Origin: Octopus sinensis
Taxonomy: Eukaryota
NCBI RefSeq assembly: GCF_006345805.1
Contig: NC_043003.1
Span: 32,054,001-32,118,000 of the forward strand
Length of the DNA stretch: 64,000 nt
Reading direction: 5' to 3'
Shown: piece after piece, positions 27,404-41,710 of the stretch
How positions within the stretch are numbered: position 1 is the first letter of the stretch
How the letters are laid out: each line of letters opens with the position of its first letter
Notes under the pieces: generated by a model
What the model was told of the DNA's origin: nothing
Seen by the model: only the letters and a program-made list of their open reading frames with translations
Database searches by the model: none
Translations under genes and position numbers: made by a program

Positions 27404-27786
27404 ATATATGTTTGTTTTCACTGACCTGTTTGTGTTACCAATATTGACCCTCTGCAAAATTCCAAATTCTATTCAATTTGCTTTGCGGGAGCAACTGTTT
27501 CATCGTTATCGAAAGCGCATATTGTTATCAAATGCTCGAAATACGATACTAGAAAAAACAGCCAACAATTGATGAATGATCGTTCTTTATGTTGTTTCTT
27601 TTGTTTTTCCTTTGTGTCTTTCGTCGTTCCAAAGCGTAGTTCATGTTCGTACTTTTTGTTGTACGCGCTTCGTGACGTTCCACATATGCATATATATATA
27701 TATATTATATATATATATATATATATAATATATATATATATGTATGTATGTATAGATGTATGTACATATACGTATGTATATATGCA

Positions 27787-27828
<42 letters not shown>

Positions 27829-27837
27829 GGTATGTAG

Positions 27838-27960
27838 AAAAATACAACATGGACAAGAACGTATAACTCTTAGAAGACGATACAATAAACACGGACAGGA
27901 CATTCGAAACCCTCAGTCTTCAGTCAAGAACCGGATCATCGTAGTAATTTCGGCTGATTA
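27838..27960 (-). mobile_element. Dispersed repeat fragment of the same family as 34440-34658, probably a PLE-type terminal region
   Basis: The reverse complement TAATCAGCCGAAATT..GATGATCCGG..TGA..CGAATG.CC.GTCC aligns by eye with 34508-34600. Confidence 0.5.
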
Positions 27961-28027
27961 ATCTATATATATTTATATCAATATATTTATATTTATATAA
28001 TATATTTATATTTATATACCTTTCCCG

Positions 28028-28927
28028 ATACAAGTGTATCGGGAAACGTTCTCTGTGAGACAAACCCGTTATAGTTCAGGCTTCCCCCGTTAGAAGCTAC
28101 TTGATGTGGCCCTCAGGCATCAGTCTGCAGACGGGCGTCATTCTCTGGAGTCGTACTGCCCTGTGGTGCGTCATTTTTCTGCGGTGCGTCATTGTTCTGC
28201 GGTGTGTCATTGTTCTGCAGTGCGATTTTTGGGATTGCTTAAACGAAGGAACAGCGTGTTTCCGTGAAACTATGTCTTCTGCTGGGTAAAAACGGCGACC
28301 GAAACAGTTGTAGTTTCAAACAGCTTTCAAGGACGCTGGCTTGAGCAAAACATAAGTTTTCGAGGGGTTTCTATGCTTTAGGAATGGTCCATCGTCGCTT
28401 TAAGACCAACCTCGTTCAGGACGATCGTCTTCCTTCCGAACGAATGAAAGCATTACGAAAATTCATGAACTGATCTTGGAGAACCGTCGCCGAAAGATTG
28501 ACCATCTTGTTGCTATCACTGTTGTGTCCTGAAGCTTCTGCCAACGAAATTTGAATAAGGAACTGCAAATGTAAAAAGTTGCAGCAAAATGTGTGCCTCG
28601 CTTATACACTGGAGATCAAAAGCAGTCACGACTGAATGCGTGTCTTGAACTGAAAGGACAGTTATAAGTTAAACCAGACCTTATAAGTTAAACCGGACAT
28701 CATTAGTGACGCAAGTAGGTGCTACGTAATTTGTAGGTGTGGAAGTATTGAAGAGAGAAACGACGGAGGCATTAAAAGGCAACGATGCGTAAGAGTTTTA
28801 GAAATACTTCGAATAGTGGAAAACGCGCCCGGACCGATGCATTGCTTCAAATGGGGTATACTTCGAAGTTGATAAAAGGGTAAACATAAAACTAAGGGAA
28901 TAAAATAATATTGCAAAATTCCTCGTA
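28028..28927 (+). mobile_element. Internally deleted mariner (same family as 12395-13423)
   Basis: Shares the CTCGTTCAGG..CGAA.GAATGAAA.CATTACGAAAATT and TTGCAGCAAAAT.TGTGC.TCGCTT segments. It ends CCTCGTA. Confidence 0.85.
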
Positions 28928-28937
28928 CACACACACG

Positions 28938-28996
<59 letters not shown>

Positions 28997-31171
28997 CATC
29001 ATCATCATCATCATCGTATAAGAACTGTGGAATACATTAAAGCCACATAGTCGAACCATTATCAGATACACTATTGGATATTAACGAAGCGTTTAGTGTT
29101 GAATTGGCAGATCCAATAAATTTGCACTACTATGTGTGGTGGTCATTTAAGACTGAATAATGCGTTACATGGGTGCTGATGAAGGGGCAAAACCCCACCA
29201 TATATAACATATATGCCAATTTCTCATTGTTCATCTTCGGTCTCCTTGTTTGATTACCTCTCGTATACGAAGCATCGTTGCAAAAGTCAGTGCTGGTTAT
29301 AGTTTCTATAGAATATCTGTAGAAATAACCTTAAGGAAACAGTACTGAATACGTTAGATACTTGGATAGATATGTGTGAAACTGAACTGACTTTTGACTG
29401 TTGACACACATTGCGTACGTACGCGCACAAGTGCTTGCGTGCACATACACAAACACATACACACACACACACACACCACACACCGAAACAAATACATATA
29501 CAGTGGAAATACAATTATCATTAAGAGAAGAGCATTGGCCCAGCGGCTTTAATATGCTCGCAGAATCGTTCCTAGGACTTTTCTTTATGTAGCCTCGAGT
29601 AATACCGATGCCAGTGAGAGTAACCAAAAAGATAGATACCGTGGGGAAGCCTGCTAAAGTCATTGCACCTGTAATACAAGGAACTAAACGAATCACATTC
29701 TGTGTGTCAAGCTAAGATCTGTCTTATAAATAACTTTGAAACAAAAGTATACAGTTGCTCCATAGAAATTCATATAGAATGTCATTGAGAACATTCCTGC
29801 ACTCTGTCGTTCTGAGAGGAACCTTGTTACTGGATTATTTAAGTGCGTCTTAAGTTTAAATAATGATCATATTTACAATTAAACACTCGATTGTTCCATT
29901 ATAGAATACGTATCATATCACATTGATATTTTTCCAGGAAGTGTAATCTATATCACACAGAGAAAATTATAACACCTTATAGAATTTTTCAATTGTAAAC
30001 AAAGACCATCATTGTGGATTTATTGCAGAAGACTCCACTATATATAGTGAGTAATTTTCAAAATGGCACACACTAAAATAATTTATTTCCCATATAATGG
30101 ATTTGCTATACCTAAAAATTAACACATATGGAAACAAAGAAAAAGAGAAACCATTGAAAATGCATTCCCAATAGCCACATGTTCTGCTCTTGTGTGTTTT
30201 ATGTATATCATACTAGAGTACGTAAAGAAACACATTTTACATGTAAAATAGATAAAAAAATTCGTATGACATTTAAAGAGGTGAATGTGTAACAAATTAT
30301 CCAACGGTTATTCTTCTCATATCTCACAACTAATCGCACATTGGCCGGCTTACGTATATTATTGCTTATATAATATTAGGCTACATTTATTATAACAATC
30401 GTTTGAATAACCAGATCACTTCAGCGACTAATGTATAATACATTCTCAAATTTGAATATGGAGTCTTTATGCTATGTTCGTAGACATATATATTCACAAG
30501 TCAGCGTGTATGTGTGCGTGTGTATGTGAGTGCGTACATGCGTGTGTATGTATGTGTGTGTGTGCACTTGCATATGAATGTATTTAAGTGGTAGAATGCT
30601 TTGGAGATCATTGCACAGTGAGTGCATATTTCATTGAGGTCAGCTTTCCCTCTCATTAATTAGGTCACGATAAATATCGTATCAGTTTACATTGGCCAAT
30701 CAAGAGAAACTTTTTAAAGTGCTAAATGGCATGATATGCTACAGCATGAGTTCCGGCATCCTGCACTACTTTGGTTGAAAAAAGTGCACAAACGCCTAAA
30801 AACTTGCATTCAAAGGTTAGCGTGGTGAGTTTTGTACACCCCCTAACATTTAATCAGCCTCGATATATTACAGGCCCGCATGCACGCAGGATTAGAAATG
30901 TTTTAAAAGAAAAAATTGGCATTACGGAGAATCATGGTAGATTCAACGTAGTGCAGTGGACGATATCTTATCTATCAGACTTATTCAACTTTGTGGACAC
31001 TCTGACACCTAGCCACCACCAAATTAATTGGCGTTCGAAGGGACATCAAACATAGAATCATGCACACATTGTATTACTATATGATCCTCCAAAATCGTGA
31101 GGCTTTCTTGAAATGTCCAACATATTCAAGCAAGGAAGGTAGATGTTACAAGGTGATGATGATGATGATGA

Positions 31172-31206
<35 letters not shown>

Positions 31207-31212
<6 letters not shown>

Positions 31213-31300
31213 CAAAATAAGCAACAAGGATATCCAGAGATAATGCAGTACGATCGTACTGCATTGCCTCTGGATATCTTTGTTGCTTATTTTGATTATA
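31207..31300. repeat. 94-bp palindrome with no spacer and 3 mismatched pairs
   Basis: Centre GTACGA|TCGTAC at 31253/31254. The left end lies in a (TA)n tract. Confidence 0.92.
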
Positions 31301-31481
31301 ATCACTCCATTTTGAATTATATGGAAAATACCATACTAAATACTGGTGCCTTTAACTTAAGTACCATATTCAACTGAATCTAAATTTTACTGAACATATA
31401 TGTAGGTATATGCACACATATATATGTGTATGTATGTATATGTATACACACACACATATAAGCATGTATATATATATATAC

Positions 31482-31538
<57 letters not shown>

Positions 31539-32206
31539 TGGTCGGAGAGAGGAAAAGAGACTTACACCGACCTATTCAGACATATGTATGTGAGTTCTTG
31601 TTAATCCGCATATCTGTGTATAGATATATGTGTGCGTGATAGAGTTTGGAAGAACAAAGGTTAGTTTACTTCTATACACTACGCAAGAAGATGCCAGCAT
31701 TTTATTAACTTAAAAACGGCAGACACAGGTACGTCAGATTGATAAAAACTAAATTGAGATAAGGATGTTAATGGCGACCGAATTAGATACGATAGTAGAG
31801 CATGAATAAAAGGAATTCTTTTTTTTCCCGCATAATCTATGTCTACAGTCGCGTCTACTGAACGTTCTATGTTGAAAAAATAATGAACAACTAGAAACAA
31901 TTGGGAACATTTTTTTCCCCTCATCAGATGAATCTATTGTTCGAAAAGCTTCATTTCTATCAACCACCTTCCTTACACATACGATTATTATCGGTTATAC
32001 GCACACATATGCATATAATGGTAACTACCTGCAATCTGACATCAGTCATACATAGATATACATAGACATACATAAACTACATCAATGAATACCGTTCCGC
32101 ATTGATACATGCGCACCACGCACACGCATACTGACGCAAACAAGTACGCTTGTTCGTAAATGTACATGCGAGAATAGAGCGTCGCCATGTTTGTGTGCGT
32201 GTCTAT

Positions 32207-32253
<47 letters not shown>

Positions 32254-32338
32254 CATGCATATACAGGTAGTATATATATATATATATATACATACATATA
32301 TACATACATATATATATATATATATATGTATGTATACG

Positions 32339-32387
<49 letters not shown>

Positions 32388-32464
32388 TATATATGTGGTG
32401 TGTGTGTGTGTGTCTGTGTGTATCTATATATATCTATGTGCGTATGTATGTATGAATGTATATA

Positions 32465-32505
<41 letters not shown>

Positions 32506-33207
32506 ACTTATAAGTACTCATACGTCTGTGTGCACACACATGGACTCACACACATTCATTACCACGCGCTCATACATACACGTATGTATGAACACAGAAC
32601 TAAATAGAAAACAATTTAAAATATCATCAAAAGATAATTGCTATTTATATATTGGAAGTTTTCATTTTAATTATATGCCATTTGTATCGCTGTCTGTGAT
32701 ATAGATTGCCTTGTTTGACGTAGACAGTAGCTTAATTTGGGTTATTTTTTTACATTATATCTTGTATGCTACATTCTGTAACATGTATTCAACCGTTCAA
32801 TATACACCTGTTGAAATGTTACTTCGTATACCTCCGTCTGTGTACACCGACATTAAAGTAATTTTGCACAACATGTGCTGCACTCAATGATAAAAGTTTT
32901 TTACGTGTTACAGTTTACTCATCCGATTACTATGGTTAACTTTTAAAATAATTTCAGAACAAATATACACTCACACGCACACACATACACACAGATACAC
33001 ACACGCAAACGCACGTGTGTACACACACGCAGACGCACACACACACAAACACGCGCGCGCACATACACACACGCGCGCACATACACACACGCGCACACAC
33101 TGAGTCTTACACGCACAATCACCCACAAATGTACACACATAAATGCATACATCATCCAAGGGCTTCTATAATTTTTATACATCCAACTATTTGGCCATAG
33201 ATAACAA

Positions 33208-33362
33208 TCCCCGTCACCTAGCGGTTCGGCAAAAGAGACCGATAGAATAAGTACTGGGCTTACAAAGAATAAGTCCCGGGGTCGAGTTGCTCGACTAAAG
33301 GCGGTGCTCCAGCATGGCCGCAGTCAAATGACTGAAACAAGTAAAAGAGTAAAAAGAGTAAA
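33208..33362 (+). mobile_element. SINE family A, 3' half
   Basis: Near-identical to 39203-39353 (GCGGTTCGGCAAAAGAGACCGATAGAATAAGTACT...GAAACAAGTAAAAGAGTA). Confidence 0.92.
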
Positions 33363-34119
33363 ATAGTATATACACACACACATATACGCATGGTTGGTCA
33401 AAAGTCACCCGACAGTAATTAAAAATCCCATAAATATTTAATATTCAATTTTATTTATTCATTCCATTTATGAATATTTAATAATTGAATGTTGTGAGTT
33501 AAAATCACGGATTTTTTAAATCAACATTTGTCTAATTATTAGCGAAGTCTCATAGAAAATTAGCAAATGATTGAAACAAGTAAAAGATAAAGATAAGATA
33601 TATTTATATTTAATTACGCTCATTATTATAGTAAAAAAAATATGCATATTTCTGAATAACTATATGTATAAAACTATTTGCTGATCAATTCAGCACTACA
33701 GCGCTGATTGGGGCGTAACAGCCCTTATTTGTTCCTTAGTTGCAAACATACATAACACTGTCATTTGCCTAAATTAATTCTAGAGATTTGACATTCAAAT
33801 CTGAAATTATGATCCCTTGGTTCAGAATCACAAACTAATACCGCTAGTCTTTTCTTCTTAACTTGCAAAGACGTTTTATGAATAAAAGAAGTTATTTTTT
33901 TCTTACACCATTCAGTACGTAACTTAGTACATTTATCAAAATATTACCATATTTATATTATTTCTATTTTATTTGTTGGACAACCTAAATCTAATTTAAT
34001 TGGAATCTATAAATCTTCTCCTGTGAATATATTAGATTCCAAGGAATAATATGAGAAATCTAGTGCAAAGATTAGTCGAAAAATCTTTATCATTATTTAC
34101 ACTGATTTAAATATCTTTA

Positions 34120-34250
34120 TTATCAAATTTTGGCACCAGGCCAGCATGTTCGGGGGAGAGGGGGTAAGTCGATTACATTGATCCCACTGGTAGTTAGCTG
34201 CTACGTATTTTATCGACGGCCAATAGATGAGATGCAAAGTCGAGATTACA
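34120..34250 (-). mobile_element. SINE family B 3' fragment
   Basis: The reverse complement contains GATCAATGTAATCGACTTACCCC..CTGGCCTGGTGCCAAAATTTG. Confidence 0.7.
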
Positions 34251-34439
34251 CAAGCCTCGTTCGTCTTCAATAAAAATGAAGTACTGTCCAAGTGTATATC
34301 TGGAATTTTTAGTGATCTTGAGGGAAAAAGAGAGAGAAGGGGAGGGAGCTAGTAAGAGAGGGAGAGAGAGAGGGGAGAATGAATATATCTATTCTCCATT
34401 TTTATTCAGTTCTTGTTTTCGTATATATTCGCTGCTTTT

Positions 34440-34767
<328 letters not shown>

Positions 34768-34783
34768 GTATGTATGTATTATG

Positions 34784-34824
<41 letters not shown>

Positions 34825-35307
34825 TTGTATGTATATACAAATACATTATTATACATTGGTATGTGTCTGTGTTCATGCATGAGTGTGTATGTGTGTTTAG
34901 GTATCATGAGGGGAATGAGTGCGTTCCCTGTATAAGAGATGTTGAAATTATTATTTCACATTTCGAATCATGTGTGTCATTTGAAGCATGCTCATGACTT
35001 TCGGGATTCCAAGAAATAGATAATTGAATCATGTTATAAGGATTGTCAGTAATAATGTGAATATGCTCAAATATATAAGTAAATATAATTTTTTTTTAAT
35101 GTGGTACAGGTCTTTTAGAAGAGCTAATTTCTTGGACACATGCTCAAACAAAACACACACACATACGTACACACAAACAAAAACACATACAAAGGTATAT
35201 AGGTATATATAAATGTACGCGTGTGCGTTCATGGGTTTGGTAGAATAAACGGGACAGCTAGAACTTCATATATGAGTGTATATTAACACGATGAGACAAA
35301 TAATTAG

Positions 35308-35470
35308 TGGTATTTTGTTCGTCTTCACATTATGAGTTCAAATTCCACCAAGGTGAACTTTACCTTTCATGTTTTTGGGGTCGAGAAAATAATTACCAAT
35401 TGAGGACTGGGGTCGATGTAATCGACTATCCTATCCTCGACATTACTTGCCTTGTCCCAAAATTGCAAAT
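35308..35470 (+). mobile_element. SINE family B copy (5'-truncated)
   Basis: GAGTTCAAATTCCACC..GGGGTCGATGTAATCGACT. Confidence 0.8.
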
Positions 35471-36406
35471 CAATGTACGAATGTACATGCATGCCATATA
35501 CTGATTTTCCGTTTCGTTTTTCCTTGGCAGTAAGCTATAAAAGAAACTGAAGGCTTCGTAACGTCACACGTGAAAGTATCAGCTCTCCAGTCACTTCTGT
35601 GATTAACTGCGGATTATAAAATATATATGTGTGTGTGTGTGTGTGTACACGTGTTTGTGTGTGTGTGCATGCGTGTCCTAATATGCATTCGTTAGCACAA
35701 AGGTAGACAATGATGCTTTTGTTGACAGTTCACTTCCGTGTCTCGCTTTTGCGTTGTATGAATGGTATAAATATACCTGACTGGTTGAAGGTAGTTATGT
35801 ATGGATGTATAAAGGTATGGAATGATGTATGCAAGAACCTGCAAGTTATGTATAGATCCATGCATTTAAATATCTACGTTCTATTTTATATTTTTCAATT
35901 TAGACGCCAGAATTCGCTACTCAGAAATGTACTTGCGGATGCATATGTGTTAGCCCCAACGTATGTTCGTATATGGATCACTTCATTTACACAAGAAATC
36001 GGGAATATCTTGTACACAACTTTGTGCATAGACGTATACTGTTTGTTATACGCTTCAGGTGAGTGAACGCAGGGGTATTAGATAATGCGAAAACGGCATT
36101 ACGTCAGAAAGAGTTAATTCAATTATCTCCTTTTCAATAGGAATTTTTTCATTCTATTCAAGTGATGATGATTTCTCTTGTCTGTTATATGGCTTCAGCG
36201 CCAAATCACTGCTGGTCAATCGGGAGATTAGATTTTCTGCGCTATGTTTATATCATTTCCAACAAAAAAGGAAGGAAGATGAAATACACGTAGCCGTGTT
36301 CATTGGAATTTTCAGTTTTACTATGTTATATATATATATACATACATACATATATATATGTATATATATATATATATATATAGATATATATATATATATA
36401 TATGCA

Positions 36407-36453
<47 letters not shown>

Positions 36454-37379
36454 GAATATTATTGAATATTACTATTACTATTAATATTGAATATTAAATT
36501 GAATATTATATATATGCATATGCATGAACAAATATTTAGATTCATCTATGGACAAATATTGGATCTAGATTAGTGAACGGCCCTTTGTCTTATGGTGAGA
36601 TATCTAGAAAGAAGTATTAACTTGTATATACACTCTTAGGCACAAACTCTTCAGGTGCTGCAAATTTGCTAATGAAATATTGGTGTGTTTGTGTGCGTAT
36701 GTGTGTGTGTGTGTGTGTGTGTGTGTTTGTGTGTTATGCGAATGTGAGTAGGTGTGCGTGTGGAAGAGAATGACCAAAGAAAAGGGAGAAGGTAAGTTTG
36801 AGAGAAAGAAACCGGAAAAGTGAGCGGAAGGGAAAATATTTAACAGACGGGTACTGACTCTATTGACTAAAAGTACGGAGCACGTAGATATGTACAAAGC
36901 GCTAATGTCAGCACAGAATCGATATAGATAGATAGATATAAATATGTGTGTGTGAGTGTGTGTGTATGTATGTGAGAGTGCGTGGCATTATGTATAGCTG
37001 ATCAAAGTGTGTTTTATTACTATGCATGCTTTCTATTTTATTGAATGAATTATATAAAATGCATAGTATATATATATTGATTTCCCACATAAATATTAAT
37101 ACGAGCGGGAAATAAATTGTTTTTGTAGAAGCTTTATGCATTTCAGAGGTATTCCATTTTTTCCTCTGTTATTCAATATTTCCATATTTTCATAAAGACA
37201 TGTTTTATACGTGATGTATACTTTGAAGAAGAATGAACAGGAGAGGTTCATTCACACACACACACACACATGTACGATGGATTCTCTTGTCGTAAACTAC
37301 AAATGAGGGTTCAGTAAAATAAAGCGGTAATCATGTTTTTTGAACACGCATGTGTCTCTTCAGGCCTGCTGGTTCCTTG

Positions 37380-38135
37380 CAAACTTTTTGCCAAATGGAA
37401 CAAGTTTAGGACTCGGTTTGGTCAAGTGCTTATCTATCATTTGCTATGGGTTTTCTTGAGTGGACGTCAAGGCTTGCTTTGCATCGTGCAACAAGATTAC
37501 AATGACAAGTAAGATTTACATTTAGTGGAGCAGCGTTTTGGTAGCGTACCATCATGCTTGTACGAAGTTGGCTCCGATGTTGGTGCCGACTTTGCTCGAA
37601 TTTCTGAAATGAGGTGAAGCAGGACTAGCGCCAGATCCTGCGCTGCGATGCTTTGTTTTCACAGCAAGAAAAGAGAATGTTACATCGCTTCAGATTCTCT
37701 TTTAATTTATCTTTGAAGCGTAGGAGTGGCCTTCAAAATAACTTTCTTGTTGGGAATTGGCCAAAGAGAAGTTGCTTCGGAATTCTATCACTCATATATG
37801 ACAGATGACCTGACCAGCTAAGCTGTATTTTGATGAGGATGGCTTCAATACTTGATATGTTGCATTTTGTTTGCATATCACTGTTACAAATATGGTCATT
37901 CGGTGTTATGCTGGTGATAGTACACAAGCATCGCATGTGAAAATATCGTCCAGCTGGTTGATGTGCTTTGGGTACAGGGTCCAAGATTCAGCACCACAAC
38001 GCAATGATGTGAAAATCACCGACTTATATATATTGAGTTCCAAAGCCTATGATAAAATTTACCTAACATGGAACTAGCCTCTTCGATCCTGGATTCAATT
38101 TCTTTACCCATCTTAGCATCATTGCACACAATGGA
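37380..38135 (-). mobile_element. RTE-clade LINE ORF2 C-terminal fragment
   Basis: FHMRCLCTITSITPNDHICNSDM..CNISSIEAILIKIQLSWSGHLSYMSDRIPKQLLFGQ. Confidence 0.8.
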
Positions 38136-38159
38136 ACACACCGCTGGCAAGCAGGCCAA

Positions 38160-38331
38160 CATTCCCTACGATCTGAACGATACCCCATCATGGGGTTAGC
38201 AATGTACAACTGAATGGACTGAAATTACGTGAAAATGTTCTGTTCATGAACAAAATGCGTCGCTCGGTCCGGGTATCGAACCGTGATTGCTAGATCGTAA
38301 GAACTGACCCCTAATAACTAGGCTACACGTC

Positions 38332-38335
<4 letters not shown>
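38160..38335 (-). mobile_element. tRNA-derived SINE (family C)
   Basis: The minus strand has a B-box-like GGTTCGATACC. The body resembles 59420-59555 and 61770-61870. Confidence 0.65.
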
Positions 38336-38386
<51 letters not shown>

Positions 38387-38401
38387 TATATATATATATA
38401 T

Positions 38402-38702
38402 ATCAACAATCAAGGAACGGCCATGATAGGCCATTCACCCACTAGAAATAACAGCCAAAGCTTCAACCGCAAATAAAGATTAATTCCGTAAACAGGAGAA
38501 AATTTAAAAAACATTTACCCTGTAATTTCTTGTACGATGCACCGTTTCATCTGATTGTACGGTGCATCGTACAAGAAATTACAGGGTAAATGTTTTTTAA
38601 ATTTTCTCCTGTTTACGGAATTAATCTTTATTTGCGGTTGAAGCTTTGGCTGTTATTTCTAGTGGGTGAATGGCCTATCATGGCCGTTCCTTGATTGTTG
38701 AT
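38402..38702. repeat. Perfect inverted repeat (144-bp arms, 13-nt spacer)
   Basis: 38402-38545 is the reverse complement of 38559-38702. Confidence 0.95.
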
Positions 38703-38809
38703 GTTGAACTTAAAAATGGTCTATGACTATTTAATTTTTTCCCACTAGGCCGCTGGTGGCAAAAAGAATTCTACAAAATTTTTTGCCACCCTATATTGAT
38801 TAATTATAT

Positions 38810-38854
<45 letters not shown>

Positions 38855-38950
38855 TTTCTATGCACTACGTTATATATTTTAATAATTACTGGTATTTTTA
38901 TATTTCATGTATTATATATGTAAAGCATAATATGTTATATATGTATGTAT

Positions 38951-39353
38951 GGCGCAGGAGTGGCTGTGTGGTAAGTAGCTTGCTTACCAACCACATGGTT
39001 CCGGGTTCAGTCCCACTGCGTGGCAACTTGGGCAAGTATCTTCTACTATAGCCTCGCGCCGACCAAAGCCTTGTGAGTGGATTTGGTAGACGGAAACTTA
39101 AAGAAGCCCGTCATATATATGTATATATGTATGTGCGTGTATGTTTATGTGTCTGTGTTTCTCCCCCTAGCATTGCTTGACAACCGATGCTGGTGTGTTT
39201 ACGTCCCCGTCACTTAGCGGTTCGGCAAAAGAGACCGATAGAATAAGTACTGGGCTTACAAAGAATAAGTCCCGGGGTCGAGTTGCTCAACTAAAGGCGG
39301 TGCTCCAGCATGGCCGCAGTCAAATGACTGAAACAAGTAAAAGAGTAAAGAGT
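38951..39353 (+). mobile_element. Full-length tRNA-derived SINE family A
   Basis: GGCGCAGGAG head, A box TGGCTGTGTGG, B box GGTTCAGTCC, a central microsatellite and an AAGAGTA repeat tail. Confidence 0.95.
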
Positions 39354-39475
39354 ATAGTGTTATAATTTAAAAAAAGAAATAAATAGATATAATATAATGT
39401 CTAAAAGTTGATGAATACTACCTCTTGAACCCCTCCATTTTCTTATTGCTGAATATGTGTGTACACACACACACA

Positions 39476-39557
<82 letters not shown>

Positions 39558-40299
39558 AGCGCCTGCGTACGCGTATGTGTAGAATGCGCCTCTTGAGGTA
39601 ATATTTAAATAATTTCTTCATTAGACTCTCTCACCATTTTACTCAGTGAGATAATGCAACCTCAAAGTGATGTGTTATTCCCAGCAGTTTAGAGACAAAA
39701 AAAAAATGATCATTCGACTTATAAATCATATTTCTATCTGGATGGTTACTGCGTAAGGAAAATAGTTCTGAAAAGAGTGAAGAATAAAATGAAGGGTGAA
39801 ATAAACTACTGAGAGTTAATAAGGTGATAAAGAGGTTGAGAATGACCGTTTCAGTAATATACACTTGTTTTTTTTTGGATGTCAATTACCTTTCTTCTCT
39901 CGTGACAAAACAACAGACTCCATCATACACACCCACATGACTCCCACGAGGCAGTTGGGTGCGTACCTGTGGATGAGTATGCGGACGCGTAAGCGTGTGT
40001 GTAGGTGTCCGTGTGTATATATTTCATTTCACGTTATTATACTGCTTTACTCTCCTGACTTTATGCTAGTTGAAAACATGGAGGAAATATATAGATGCGC
40101 ATGAGTGTGTATTTTATAAATACATACATGTGTGTAGATTAATATAAAAATATACACATAAACATTGTGTGTGAGTCGGGATTTCGTCCCAGTATACATG
40201 AATGTAAACAACGGAGATGGTGTGAGTGTTGCTGAGAGGTATGAGGATGCTCAGAATGGCACGTGCTGGCTCATAAATGCGTTAGCTCCAGCATTTGAT

Positions 40300-40870
40300 C
40301 CACAAAAAAGGAGAAGATATCGCTGCTTGCATAGTGCCGTATCAGAAGCAACGGACCTGATTCTTCCGCTTGGATTCCCAAAAGTGATCTACTGAGACCA
40401 AGAATATCATCTCGTTCATGGTCTCCGCCCGGATTTTCTGCTGATTGACTCGGCTTCAAGAATCCGTCTTGCGATTCTTTCCTGCGACGTTCTAATAACA
40501 TGCCTTTAATAGCGGACCTATGACCTCTCAATGTGGAAAGATAACAACTCGATCTGGAGCTATTCCTCAATCGCCGTGCTTCATTTCAGGTGCTTGTATT
40601 CGCAATCGTACTCTTTCGATTCTCACCTAACATTTATGACTGTAGTTGAAGCAAAGTACGAAAACGGATTTGAAGATAACGATGTTTTGTTCTTATTTTT
40701 TCTACCAACCTCTCCTCTTTTGAATATCAAATGTCAGCACCAGCGAATTCTAGGATTCCATTCCGCCTCACACACTACCCACCACTTATCAATACGGTCC
40801 TGAGATTCATAACCTGCACCACTTGTCTCGGTGATATTCCGCTAACAAGGTCCACTTGGATTTAAAACCA
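40300..40870 (-). mobile_element. RTE-clade LINE ORF2 C-terminal fragment
   Basis: Minus-strand reading LQIELLSFHIERS*VRY*RHVIRTSQERIARRILEAE..RP*TR. Confidence 0.78.
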
Positions 40871-41459
40871 TATTTCTCTATTTTCAAAATGGGTTTTCTT
40901 TTTGAAAATAACATTTTATAGCTCTTGTTGTTATTGTTATTACGGTTGTTGTTGGTATTGCTGTTCTCGTTTTGTACACGCCAGATTGACTCTGATCAAG
41001 GAGATCTATAAAAGATTATTTTATATCCGTCAACATTCAGTTATATATATTCAATGTTATATCATGCAACGTGCTCTATTTTGATGGCTTTGAAACTTCA
41101 TATGATGTATGTTAGACTTTGCTATTACATACCATACGTTCAGCGAACGATACAGACTTTATCGCTAACGAGAACGTAGTTAAAAATTTACTTAATGATA
41201 GTGATCTGTATAGGTTATCTATCAATTATTGTAACAATATATGCTCCTTATTCTGTTAAAACCGGCACTAGCGACAATAGGAAAACTATTATTGGTCTTG
41301 GTCTCATCGTTATTAACAATAACATATCATAAATGAACGCCATCGGCAATAAGCCATACGGTTGTTTTTAGCTTGTGCCATTATTGTAACGTATTATCTG
41401 TAAACATATATGCGCGCGCGTACACTCACAGGTATGTGTATGTATAGATACACACACAT

Positions 41460-41484
41460 ACATATATACAAACATACATACATG

Positions 41485-41546
<62 letters not shown>

Positions 41547-41660
41547 CATATATATATACATATATATATATGTATATAAATATATGTATATATATATATA
41601 TATATTATATATATATATGTATATATATACATATATATATATATATATACATATATTTAC

Positions 41661-41697
<37 letters not shown>

Positions 41698-41710
41698 TAT
41701 ATACATATAT

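Noticed and set aside
33385-33425. Tc1-like TIR-looking sequence (GGTTGGTCAAAAGTCACC)
   Set aside because: No partner TIR and no transposase sequence found.
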